NCBI GenBank assembly: GCA_043744555.1
Contig: JAYTUL010000042.1
Location: forward strand, 5,854 to 69,853
Source: a bacterium
Lineage (GTDB): Bacteria > Patescibacteriota > Minisyncoccia > Phycocordibacterales > UBA6899
DNA: 64,000 nucleotides
Direction of reading: 5' to 3'
In this document: positions 1 to 9,160 of the stretch, in pieces
Position numbering within the stretch: the stretch's first letter is position 1
How the letters are laid out: every line of letters starts with the position of its first letter
The notes under the pieces: generated by a model
Told to the model about the DNA's origin: nothing
The model's database searches: none
The model's input: only the letters and a program-made list of their open reading frames with translations
Program-made: the position numbers and the translations under genes

Positions 1-526
1 GACTCTTGAGACGCTCTCTTATCCGCTTTATTCTGACCGCAAGAGTGTTCGGCTTTATCTTTAACATATCAGATATCTCGATCAATGAAAGCTCCTCGAG
101 ATAAAATAACGTAAGTAAGTTACGGTCTTCGATCGAAAGAAATGCTAGTATGTGCTCAACATAGTCTTTTTCCTCGTAATGTCTCGATGGGTCGTATGGA
201 GAATGATATTCTTCGAGTGGAACAGTTGTGCTACGCACCTTTCGTCTCATGAGGTCAATCGCCTGGTTGTGTGCGATGCGATATATCCACGCTGAAAAAG
301 AAAGCCCAGAAGTGTAGGTCGCAAGGTTGATAAAGGCTTTCATAAACGTATTCGCCAAACACTCGTCTACATCGTCCTTGTCACCATTTAGGAGTCGATA
401 CAAATAACGTGAAAGCTTGGGATAGTAGCGGACAACAAGTTGCGAAAAATATTCCTTGTCTTTGTCGAGCGTAAGATCTATAAGTTCATTATCGGTCTGC
501 GTCGGCGTTACTTCGTTCATTGGCAT
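1..526 (-). CDS. ECF-type RNA polymerase sigma factor (sigma-70 family), 3' end runs off the window
   Basis: Minus-strand translation from the ATG at 520/526 reads MPMNEVTPTQTD...AWIYRIAHNQAIDLMRRK (region 2.2-like) ... LIEISDMLKIKPNTLAVRIKRIRERLKS (region 4 HTH). It is a paralog of the sigma factor at 6552-7133. Confidence 0.8.
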   Translation of the reverse strand, partial: MPMNEVTPTQTDNELIDLTLDKDKEYFSQLVVRYYPKLSRYLYRLLNGDKDDVDECLANTFMKAFINLATYTSGLSFSAWIYRIAHNQAIDLMRRKVRSTTVPLEEYHSPYDPSRHYEEKDYVEHILAFLSIEDRNLLTLFYLEELSLIEISDMLKIKPNTLAVRIKRIRERLKS

Positions 527-531
527 ATGCT

Positions 532-559
532 AACACACCCGCGTTAGAGCGGGTGTGTT
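532..559 (-). promoter_or_regulatory. Perfect 11-bp-stem hairpin (AACACACCCGC / GCGGGTGTGTT) about 6 nt upstream of the sigma start codon
   Basis: The inverted repeat was read directly. No T-run follows on the minus strand, so it is not a classical terminator. It sits between the acidic-protein stop and the sigma ATG. Confidence 0.4.
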
Positions 560-579
560 GGGGGATTTTATTTGAAAAT

Positions 580-987
580 TTAATCGCTCGTTTCTTTATC
601 GTTTCCATCTTTTTCGCCCTCATGCATACCCTCTGCTTTGTCATGAGCTGCCTTTTGGGCGGGAGTGAGAGCTGCCTCCTCTGCATCATTCATCTCTGGT
701 TGATCTTTACTCTCTGATTTTTCGCTGACCTCATTTTTGTCGCCAGAATCTTTGTTACTGGCCTCACTCTCTTCTTTTGCCTTTATATCGGCTGGGGTCA
801 TGCTTTGTTCTGCAATCTTTTCTGCTCTATCGCTCTCTTCTGTCGGGGCGATAGCAGTTGTCCCAGTACTTGCGATCACGGGGGTATTCGTAGAACTATC
901 TGCTGCTGCATAGTGAGCGAATGTCATTCCTCCTCCTGCAATCAAACCAAGAGATACTAAAACAGCGTATAGAGCTTTCTGTGTCAT
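580..987 (-). CDS. Secreted acidic low-complexity protein (signal peptide + Glu/Lys/Ser-rich tail)
   Basis: N-terminus MTQKALYAVLVSLGLIAGGGMTFAHYAAA is signal-like and the rest is E/K/D/S-rich. It lies immediately upstream of the sigma gene on the same strand. Confidence 0.45.
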   Translation of the reverse strand: MTQKALYAVLVSLGLIAGGGMTFAHYAAADSSTNTPVIASTGTTAIAPTEESDRAEKIAEQSMTPADIKAKEESEASNKDSGDKNEVSEKSESKDQPEMNDAEEAALTPAQKAAHDKAEGMHEGEKDGNDKETSD

Positions 988-1080
988 ATTTGATGAAATT
1001 TAAACGTAATAATATAGTACTCACAGAAGTTGATATACTTCACTTAAGCACTATAATTATTACGCCTCAAAAAACAAAAT

Positions 1081-2313
1081 ATGACAGACAGAGTTACCTT
1101 GCCATCTTTCTCATCGAAAACGATGCTTAATAAAGTTCCAGAAATTACACTGTATTTCTGGGTCATTAAAATCCTTTGCACTACAGTTGGAGAAACAGCA
1201 GCTGATTTTCTCAACGTTAATTTAAATGCTGGTCTCACTATTACTTCTATTGTCACAGGCGTACTGTTGGCGATTGCACTTTTCTTTCAATTCAGAGCAA
1301 GAAAATATATTCCAAGTGTTTACTGGCTTACTGTTGCATTAGTGAGTGTGTTTGGCACATTAGTGACCGATAATCTCACCGACAAAACTGGCTTGCCGCT
1401 ACAAGTGAGCACTCTCATCTTTGCAGCACTGCTTGGAATTACATTTCTAGCTTGGTATGTAAGTGAAAAGACCCTTTCAATTCACTCAATATTTACACGA
1501 AAGCGCGAGGCGTGGTATTGGCTCGCTATCCTTTTCACTTTTGCGCTCGGCACTGCATCAGGTGACCTGATGGCAGAAGGTCTGGGACTGGGGTATTTCA
1601 CTACAGGTCTCATTGTCGCCGGAGTCATTGCGACTACAGTGTTAGCCTGGAGATTCAAGATGAATTCCGTCTTGTCATTCTGGATAATCTATATTCTCAC
1701 GCGTCCGCTCGGTGCTTCAATTGGTGACTTTCTTTCACAGCCTACTAACCACGGCGGACTCGGGCTCGGAGCACCTATGACGAGCCTCCTGTTTCTTTTG
1801 GCGATTTCAGGAACCGTTGCCTATCTTTCTCTGACCAAGCGGGATGTGATAGCTGCTGCGGCAACGGAACGTACAGACGAGTCAAAAGAAAAAGGCGGAC
1901 TCTGGCAGACTGCTCTCGTTGTCGCGTTGTTTAGCATTATTGGGGTAACGGGTTACCAAATACGTCATGCGGCGCTCCTCACCGATAACTCGAGTTCGAC
2001 ATCTACTAGTAGTTCAAGTGTGACTACGAACACTGGAGTGTCGCTGCTTGGTGATCTCTCCACATTCAAGATAATTACACAAGACACACTTGCTAAGCTT
2101 AATGCGAGCGATCAATCAGGTGCAACGACTCGAATTAGTGATCTCGAATATGCATGGGATCAGGCGGCATCTCGACTCAAAGCCAAAAATGGTACTGAGT
2201 GGACAAAGATAGACAAGAAGATTGATACGGTCTTACGAGAGTTGAGATCTACAAGTCCGAATCTTTCGACTGAAAAGTCGGCCCTCGATGCCTTGCTTGT
2301 GGTGCTCAATTAA
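1081..2313 (+). CDS. Polytopic membrane protein with three internal repeats of a W-x-I-x-I-L-x-T-x-x-G-[ET]-x-x-x-D motif and a C-terminal soluble domain (resembles COG4705-type proteins)
   Basis: Repeats WVIKILCTTVGETAADFL / WLAILFTFALGTASGDLMAEG / WIIYILTRPLGASIGDFL. Hydrophobic core with a Ser/Thr-rich linker and a soluble tail. Confidence 0.55.
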   Translation: MTDRVTLPSFSSKTMLNKVPEITLYFWVIKILCTTVGETAADFLNVNLNAGLTITSIVTGVLLAIALFFQFRARKYIPSVYWLTVALVSVFGTLVTDNLTDKTGLPLQVSTLIFAALLGITFLAWYVSEKTLSIHSIFTRKREAWYWLAILFTFALGTASGDLMAEGLGLGYFTTGLIVAGVIATTVLAWRFKMNSVLSFWIIYILTRPLGASIGDFLSQPTNHGGLGLGAPMTSLLFLLAISGTVAYLSLTKRDVIAAAATERTDESKEKGGLWQTALVVALFSIIGVTGYQIRHAALLTDNSSSTSTSSSSVTTNTGVSLLGDLSTFKIITQDTLAKLNASDQSGATTRISDLEYAWDQAASRLKAKNGTEWTKIDKKIDTVLRELRSTSPNLSTEKSALDALLVVLN

Positions 2314-2379
2314 GAAGTGTTCAGTAGCGTAAGTCTTGCAACATTTAAAAAAAAGAAACCCACAATTAGTTTATTTTTC

Positions 2380-2805
2380 TCAGCCCCTTTTTTCAAGTAG
2401 TGCGATGATCTTATTGAGCTTAGTTAAATCAATCTCTGAAAGATGTCTCTGTAATTCTTCGATCTCCTCTTTTGCCTTAATGTTCGTTTCGTAATCTTCA
2501 AGCGCTTGATGGCGGTCCCGCTCTGACTGGCGGTTCTGGCTCATCATGATGATCGGAGCCGCATATGCTGCTTGCGTAGAAAAAAGAAGATTCAAAAGAA
2601 TAAATGGGTATGGATCCCAATGAGAAACGAATGCAACAATATTCAATATCATCCACAGAAAAACAATTATTGATTGCCAGATAATGAACTTCCATGAGCC
2701 CATTACTTTTGCTACTTTATCTGAGAGACGTTCTCCTGCCGTGGATGTCTCTTTGTGCTTTTGATGCCAAGTCTTACTATGATGACCTTTCTCATTCGTA
2801 TGCAT
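2380..2805 (-). CDS. DUF1003-like small membrane protein (copy 1)
   Basis: Two TM helices followed by the conserved motif MMSQNRQSERDRHQA and a coiled-coil tail. Paralog of 7864-8424 (LTVNRQARQ). Confidence 0.55.
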   Translation of the reverse strand: MHTNEKGHHSKTWHQKHKETSTAGERLSDKVAKVMGSWKFIIWQSIIVFLWMILNIVAFVSHWDPYPFILLNLLFSTQAAYAAPIIMMSQNRQSERDRHQALEDYETNIKAKEEIEELQRHLSEIDLTKLNKIIALLEKRG

Positions 2806-2823
2806 ATATGTATTTAGTAAATT

Positions 2824-3200
2824 TTAGAGCTTGAGCTCATTTGTAACAATATCGACAAGCTTATTCGGTGGTGTGTTTGATTTAATGAGATACATGAGCG
2901 CGCCACCCGCAAGCGCTTTCTCGATGCCCGCTTTATCAACAATATTTGAAAAAATGAGTATCGGTATTTTTGCTGTTTCAGGAGCGTTCTTTAGTTTTTC
3001 AAGCACCTCAAGCCCTGACATATCCGGAAGCATGAGATAAGGAGTATGAGGTCGGGCTTATCTGAGAATAAGGCCGATATACCCGCACCCTCAATTCCCT
3101 CACGAGTCGCGAGGATATTTGCATGTATAAATTTTTCGATGATGAGGTTGATCAAAAAAAGTATCATCCTCGATGCAAAGCATTTTTTTAGCTTCATTTA
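2824..3200 (-). pseudogene. CheY-like single-domain response regulator disrupted by two frameshifts
   Basis: Three frames together read MKKMLCIEDDTFF | LINLIIEKFIHANILATREGIEGAGISALFSDKPDLILL | (D)LMLPDMSGLEVLEKLKNAPETAKIPILIFSNIVDKAGIEKALAGGALMYLIK. One shift is at the T7 run (3146-3152). The other is a missing base at the LILLD codon near 3040. Confidence 0.6.
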
Positions 3201-3378
3201 GCACCTTTTCAGTGTAGCGCGCTCTTCCTGCTTTAGAAAGTTACTTTGGGGAAAGTACAAGATAAATAGGGAGTATGTAATTATCTTTTCCTGCGAGTAA
3301 TGATAAACAATATTTAATAAAAAGTTACTGAACATGGCTGTGTGTTGATTGTTCGGGTTATACTTGAAGAAACAAACA

Positions 3379-4496
3379 GCATGTATTCATATCACATTAA
3401 ATGGAGCGGTATATTGAGTTTTGGGTTCGTTATTTTCGCGGGGTATTTTTTGCAATCAACTTTTGCGTCAGCAAGTGTGCTCGCGGGAGTCTCAAGCGAT
3501 GTGAACATCGGAAGTGGTACACATATCACCCGCACCCTCCACTATGGCATGCGAGGAGGTGACGTAAAAAACCTGCAGGTGGACTTGAGCGAACTTATCT
3601 CGTTATATCCAAGCGGTAAAGTGACAGGTTTCTTTGGTCCCGCAACTGCGGCTGCGGTTAGTCGTTTACAAAAACAAGAAAAGGCAAATTTAGAGAGTGC
3701 TTCAAGTGCAACAAAAAGCACAACAAAACTCGGAACTGTAGATACGCAGACTGCGAATTTGATCCGCCTCCGAGTCACACAAAAAAAATGTCCGCTCGAT
3801 ATGCGTTCGCGACAAAAGTGCCTTGAAGAAAATTATACACATTATGCAAATAGCCAAGGGGTTGATATTGCGCTCCGCCTTCTTAGTCTTGAGGTGAATG
3901 AGGAGCCGCAATTTGAGGGAATGTGCCACTCGGTGATGCACCTAATCGCACACGCTGCGGTTCATGAATTTAAAAATTTCGGAGTTGCAATGAATCACGG
4001 AACAACACTATGCCAGAATGGCTATTATCATGGTGTCATCGAAGAATATCTCCGCAATGAGAATGTTGATGCGCTTTCAGGGGATGATCTGCGCAATTTT
4101 TGCCCTACGTCGTTTAAGGCTACGTCCTCTCCTACTGACACCCTTAATTGCATACACGGCATAGGGCATGCGCTCATGTATATGACCCGCAATGACCTGC
4201 CCAAGTCGCTTGTTCGCTGTGGAGATTTTTTGGATGACCATATGCGTAGTCAGTGTCTGACGGGAGCATTCATGCAAGAAGGCTTCATGGCGACCAGTTC
4301 AAAACAAAGCGTAATAGATAAGGATGTGCAAGGGTGTTCGCAAAGCCAACATCAAGATGAGTGCTTTATCGCTCTGTCTGCGAAAGCGATGCACGACAAT
4401 GGTGCAAGCGCAAAGATCGTAGAGCGCTTTTGTGACACACTTATCGACATCAACACTCAGCGAGTGTGTAAGAATGCAGTTATAAACACAAACTAA
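3379..4496 (+). CDS. Membrane-anchored protein: peptidoglycan-binding (PG_binding_1-like) domain + C-terminal Cys/His-repeat domain
   Basis: GMRGGDVKNLQVDLSELISLYPSGKVTGFFGPATAAAVSRLQK is PG-binding-like. C-terminal repeats are CHSVMHLIAHAA / CQNGYYHGVIEE / CIHGIGHALMYM / CLTGAFMQEGF. Paralog of 23270-24391. Confidence 0.65.
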
Positions 4497-4549
4497 ATCT
4501 CATAGTTTGAGTCATGCCGAGAGAGCCTTCATCAATTGACTTTTTTCGA

Positions 4550-4818
4550 CTAACTAAGCTAGAGCCGGCGCGGCTATCGTGGCAAGGATTCGCAGCAGAA
4601 GTCGGCATTTCGACATGATCTTCGTTGCGTCACAGTACGGTATTCCACTTTCAGCAACCCACACTATCACTAGCAGGATAACCGGCTCGGCAGCTTCGCT
4701 TAACGCCAAGTGGGTAAATTGTGGAGTGGTGCGTAACATCGTGCTTGCGTGGATCCTCACGTTTTCTGTGTGCACGCTCATTGCGTTCCTTGTTTGCAGC
4801 GATATTCGCATGTTCTAG
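4550..4818 (+). pseudogene. C-terminal remnant of a PiT-family inorganic phosphate transporter (frameshifted)
   Basis: Two frames give ...LSWQGFAAEVGIST* and FDMIFVASQYGIPLSATHTITSRITGSAAS...AWILTFSVCTLIAFL, matching the PiT C-terminal signature GxPxSTTHxxxGSxxG. The N-terminal 300 or more aa are absent. Confidence 0.5.
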
Positions 4819-4884
4819 CCCACGCCTCTTTGGCGCATTTTTTTAAAAATAAATTCGTGATGTGTGATATGATTTTTCCATAAA

Positions 4885-5754
4885 GTGAAAAAGAAATACT
4901 ATTGGATAGTAGGTTGTGTGATACTTTGCTTCGTTGTATATGTGGAGCAAAGCTCAGCGCTCTTTCGCGCACCACTAGAGCGTATCGATAATACTGAAGA
5001 TGCATTCGTCGATAATATACTACTTGATCTGGGTAAGTTAAGTGATGAGCGGGTCTCACCAAAAGTATTTTTTCTTGATGTACCCATCCTCACCTATCAC
5101 CAAGTCCGCCCAATAACGGAAGTCGACGATGAGCGATACAGAAGGTTTATTACGACCCCTCTGGAGTTTGAGCGACAAATGCAGTTTATCAAAGAAGAGG
5201 GATACAACGTTATCCCACTTTCAGATGTAGTCGCGCATCTCAAAAGTAGTAAGCCACTAGAAGGGAAAAATATTGCGATCACCTTCGATGACGGATACAA
5301 AAGTCAACACACTTTTGCATTTCCGATTCTACAAAAGTTCGGCTATACAGGAACGTTTTTTATTTATACCAATGCGATCGACAAGCTGAGTGCGTCTATG
5401 ACGTGGGATGAGATCATTGATCTCGATAGTCATGGCATGAGCATCGGAGCGCATACACGAAGTCATGCAATGCTTACCACCATCAGCGATAAAAGTATAT
5501 TGCACGATGAGATCGAGGGCAGCAAAGAAGATATACAGGCACATCTAAAAAAAAATATCGATCTTTTTGCTTACCCCTTTGGAGCGCAGGATGAGTTAAT
5601 TAAAACTGAGGTAGAGCAGGCAGGTTTTACTGGAGCAGTCAGCGTAAACATGGGTCACTTACAAACTAAGACAATACGCTACGCGCTCAAACGTTATAAT
5701 GTAAACGATAATGATGTTGAATTCCGTGCGCTTCTCGTGGCAAATAAAAAATGA
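4885..5754 (+). CDS. Polysaccharide deacetylase (NodB homology domain)
   Basis: ITFDDGYKSQ (TFDDG motif), GAHTRSH (HxxxH motif) and an N-terminal TM segment. Confidence 0.8.
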   Translation: MKKKYYWIVGCVILCFVVYVEQSSALFRAPLERIDNTEDAFVDNILLDLGKLSDERVSPKVFFLDVPILTYHQVRPITEVDDERYRRFITTPLEFERQMQFIKEEGYNVIPLSDVVAHLKSSKPLEGKNIAITFDDGYKSQHTFAFPILQKFGYTGTFFIYTNAIDKLSASMTWDEIIDLDSHGMSIGAHTRSHAMLTTISDKSILHDEIEGSKEDIQAHLKKNIDLFAYPFGAQDELIKTEVEQAGFTGAVSVNMGHLQTKTIRYALKRYNVNDNDVEFRALLVANKK

Positions 5755-6473
5755 TCAAAATAAACCCCTCATGTGAGGGGTAAGGGTCTGAATCGTAGCT
5801 ACATCACTGCTTGCAGTCGAAACAATAAAGAAGTACGGACTACTGTCGAAAAATAATCTCCTCGACACACAGACACTATTCGCGCGTTGGGTGAAGGCAT
5901 TCACCCACGATAACCAAGCACAGAGGAAAGTTGCGCATAGAAAGATCGCAAGAGTTATCGCATAGATAACAGAGGTCAAGGGTGTCGGCGCTTACGATAA
6001 GGTCAGATGCGCGCTACTGCACACTTTCAATTAGAAAATTACAGGCACCGAAACTGCTCATCAGTATCGGCACTTTAAGGACTGAAAGACTGCCGCCACG
6101 GCACAAAAGGTAAAAGATAGATGAACCAAACTAGGGCAGCTGAGCTAGTTTTCTTTGTTTTTACCTAACATTTACCTCCTATTTTTTAAAATGAAATATT
6201 TCGCCGTGTTGGGTGTAATAATAAATAAGGAATATGTGAGAATATTTCCTTGCCAAAGCTTACCCGTTAACTGTATCGTCTATACAAAATAGAAAATATA
6301 ATTCCTCTCGATTTTTTTAATGAGAACGAGTAGGAAGTTGACTATTAGAGTGGCTCTGTAGGGTGCATGCGAATCGGCTCAAATGTGACCGAGACGATGA
6401 TTGTTATGGCCAAGAACTCGGGGCATACCTCCTGTATCTGAAGTTAGTAAAACGTGGATAATATAAAACCAAA

Positions 6474-6513
6474 CTGACGCAAAAGCTCTCCTCATGGAGG
6501 GTTTTTGCGTCAG
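6474..6513 (+). promoter_or_regulatory. 11-bp-stem hairpin (CTGACGCAAAA...TTTTGCGTCAG) about 40 nt upstream of the sigma-2 start
   Basis: Perfect inverted repeat enclosing CTCCTCATGGAGG. Its position mirrors the hairpin in front of the other sigma gene. Confidence 0.4.
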
Positions 6514-6551
6514 TGGGATAAATTCACGTGCTTGCTGTACTATTCTTTAAT

Positions 6552-7133
6552 ATGGACACTATAAGCGAAGAGGCGACAGATGAAGAGCTGGCGATACGGG
6601 TCCAAGCTGGCGACAAAGCAGCATTTGCTTCCATCATGGAGCGGTTTGAGGGTAAGTTGTTGCGCTACGGAAATAAATTCCTTGCTGAACGCGAAGACGT
6701 TGTCGATATAGTACAGGAAGTTTTCATAAGCGTGTACCAGAATATAAAAAGTTTTGATGTGTCACAAAAGTTTTCTCCGTGGATCTACCGTATCGCGCAC
6801 AACGCATTTGTAAATGGTCTCAAAAAGAAGAGCCGCAACCCCTTCGTGATGCTTGATTTTGACGCATTGCTCTCTCACACGGTAAGTGAGGACCCGCTTC
6901 GAGGTGAACGCGAGCAGGAAGAGGTGCACAAAATGATCGATGTGGGATTAGATCAAATATCGGCCAAGTACAAAGAGATCCTTATCTTGTATTATTTAGA
7001 GGAGTTGCCATACAAGGAGATTGCCGACATTCTCGAGGTGCCCACCGGTACAGTCGGCATCCGCATAAAGCGCGCAAAAGAGGCACTCAAAAAAGTTTAC
7101 GAAAAAATGCAATTCCAATATGGCGAAACATAA
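6552..7133 (+). CDS. ECF-type RNA polymerase sigma factor (the ORF could start at GTG 6528)
   Basis: DIVQEVFISVYQNIKSF...PWIYRIAHNAFVNGLKKK...ILILYYLEELPYKEIADILEVPTGTVGIRIKRAKEALKK gives regions 2 and 4 of the sigma-24 family. Confidence 0.85.
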   Translation: MDTISEEATDEELAIRVQAGDKAAFASIMERFEGKLLRYGNKFLAEREDVVDIVQEVFISVYQNIKSFDVSQKFSPWIYRIAHNAFVNGLKKKSRNPFVMLDFDALLSHTVSEDPLRGEREQEEVHKMIDVGLDQISAKYKEILILYYLEELPYKEIADILEVPTGTVGIRIKRAKEALKKVYEKMQFQYGET

Positions 7134-7851
7134 AAACCCCCCACAAATAAATATCAAGGAAAAAGTGTTTGAAAAAATAAGCGCGAACGAATTGACCATG
7201 CGCCCCAAGAGCTACTTCATTCTCAAAGCAGCAGCGCTTATCACCTTGGGAATTGCGGTACTTACGATCTCGGTGTTCGTCTGCGATTACATACTATTAA
7301 GTCTACGCATTAATGGCCACTACTCACTGCTTAGTTTTGGCTCAAGGGGTATGTGGATGTTCTTTACCTTCATTCCATGGGGCCTGCTTTTCTTTGATGG
7401 GATCTTGGTTTTCTTGCTTGAGCGTTTGCTTCGACAATTTCGTTTTGGCTATCGTACACCCGTACTTTTGCTCTTTATGGCACTGCTTATCATCACATTA
7501 TCTATTGGATTTTTTATTGACCGCGGCACTGACCTTAATGAACAGCTCCTCGCGCCCGCCCGTCACCATCAGCTCATCGCAACATTTGACGAATATTATA
7601 ATCTCGCAGGCCCCCCATCTTTAGGAGAGGGAATATGTCGCTGTGTCGTCACTGGAATAAATAATAATTCGATAAGTGCATTCGACGAGAGCCTTGGTAC
7701 GACAACCGTCTTTACAATCACCATCCCACTCAATAAATATGCAACAGGAACTCTAAAAGTCGGAGATGTCGTCTATGTTGCAGGCGATAAAGATGAGCGC
7801 GGCTTCCGCGCTTTCGGAGTACAAAAACTCGACGTAAGGGCTCGGAAGTGA
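7120..7851 (+). CDS. Membrane protein translationally coupled to the sigma factor (putative anti-sigma or sigma-associated regulator)
   Basis: The start overlaps the sigma stop by 14 nt. There is a short cytoplasmic N-terminus, 3-4 TM helices and a C-terminal soluble domain. Confidence 0.5.
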   Translation: MAKHKNPPQINIKEKVFEKISANELTMRPKSYFILKAAALITLGIAVLTISVFVCDYILLSLRINGHYSLLSFGSRGMWMFFTFIPWGLLFFDGILVFLLERLLRQFRFGYRTPVLLLFMALLIITLSIGFFIDRGTDLNEQLLAPARHHQLIATFDEYYNLAGPPSLGEGICRCVVTGINNNSISAFDESLGTTTVFTITIPLNKYATGTLKVGDVVYVAGDKDERGFRAFGVQKLDVRARK

Positions 7852-7863
7852 CGAGAAAGAGCC

Positions 7864-8424
7864 CTACGTCTTTTTCAATCTCTTCACCTCGCGCAGTAAC
7901 TCTTCTATGGTCTTTTCGAGTCGTGCGATCTGGCTTTCTTCAGCTGCTTCTTCGGTGTGATCTTTCTCAAATTCGTCATTCAAATCCTCAACATTCTCTT
8001 TGATGACCTCCATGTAGCCTTGAATGTCGTCGACATCCTCACCGATCTCTTTCGCCTCTTCCTGAATGCTTCCAACGTCTTCTTGAATATCATCAATATC
8101 CTTTGATATCTCCTCGACATCTTCCTGAATGTCATCTACATCCACACTGACCTCCTCGAGCTGGCGCGCTTGCCTGTTGACCGTGAGCTGAATAAAGATG
8201 GAGAGATAGATAGCTTCAAGCGAGACAGCGGTCGTAAGTATAAGCATGACCTTCTCAAAGGGCACCCCCAACCACACGAGCCCAAATATGGCGATGAAAA
8301 ATATCGAATGTAATACCAAGGAGAGCGTAGAGCCGATATATCGAGTTGCTCCGACTGCAAAACGATCAAGTGCTGATTCTATGTAGGGGGTTTTTTCATG
8401 CAGGGGGTCTCTCATTAAATGCAT
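7864..8424 (-). CDS. DUF1003-like small membrane protein (copy 2) with an acidic tandem-repeat tail
   Basis: Two TM helices, then LTVNRQARQ, then imperfect repeats DVDDIQEDVEEISKDIDDIQEDVGSIQEEAKEIGEDVDDIQ from roughly 27-nt DNA repeats. Confidence 0.55.
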   Translation of the reverse strand: MHLMRDPLHEKTPYIESALDRFAVGATRYIGSTLSLVLHSIFFIAIFGLVWLGVPFEKVMLILTTAVSLEAIYLSIFIQLTVNRQARQLEEVSVDVDDIQEDVEEISKDIDDIQEDVGSIQEEAKEIGEDVDDIQGYMEVIKENVEDLNDEFEKDHTEEAAEESQIARLEKTIEELLREVKRLKKT

Positions 8425-8579
8425 AATAATATTTTATGCACCTTCCGTCGAGAAGATCTTCGGCGCATAACAAAAAAGTGAGTGAAAAAATGAAGCAAAT
8501 AAAGGCTTAAAAAAATAGTCACAACTCAGCCTTATCCATGTTATTATTGGTACAGGTTATTAATAATTTATATTTACCT

Positions 8580-9116
8580 ATGAATAAGTTCTCAAAATTC
8601 GCGGTTGTTCCAGCATTATTCCTTGCGATGGCAGCACCAGCATTTGCAACCACTACTCCAGTTGCGGGTGGCACAACAACAACCACCTCGACAACGACAT
8701 CCGCACATCGCGCATGTGTCCAGTCTGCAAACACTACTCGCGATGCTGCATTTGCCTCTGCGAAGAAGTCATACGAGACTGCTGTTGCCGCAGCTAAGAC
8801 CACTCGCGATAGCGCTGCCCTTGCTTCCAAGGCAAAGTTCGCAAAAGCAAAGACTGATGCAAAGACTGCACGCGATGCTTCTATCGCACTAGTTGCTTCA
8901 AGCACTGACAAGGTCGCCAAGAAAGCAGCCATGAAATCTGCAGAAGAAACATTTGAGGCCGCAATGTCTGCCGCAAGCACAGATCTTCGCGATGCCAAGA
9001 AGGCTGCTCGTGACGCATACAAGGCTTCTGTGAAGACTGCAAAGTCTGACAAAACTACCGCCCGTGATGCTGCACGCACTGCCCACAAGGCCGCAGTTGA
9101 AGCTTGTGCTAAGTAG
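8580..9116 (+). CDS. Secreted Ala/Lys/Thr-rich repetitive protein
   Basis: Signal peptide MNKFSKFAVVPALFLAMAAPAFA, a poly-Thr stretch, then repeated TTRD/KTARD/AARD units. It is followed by a clean terminator. The antisense 224-aa ORF (8519-9193) is a low-complexity shadow. Confidence 0.55.
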   Translation: MNKFSKFAVVPALFLAMAAPAFATTTPVAGGTTTTTSTTTSAHRACVQSANTTRDAAFASAKKSYETAVAAAKTTRDSAALASKAKFAKAKTDAKTARDASIALVASSTDKVAKKAAMKSAEETFEAAMSAASTDLRDAKKAARDAYKASVKTAKSDKTTARDAARTAHKAAVEACAK

Positions 9117-9160
9117 TTCGCAGTAGTCCATACGGAATACCGCACAAAGATGGATAAACA

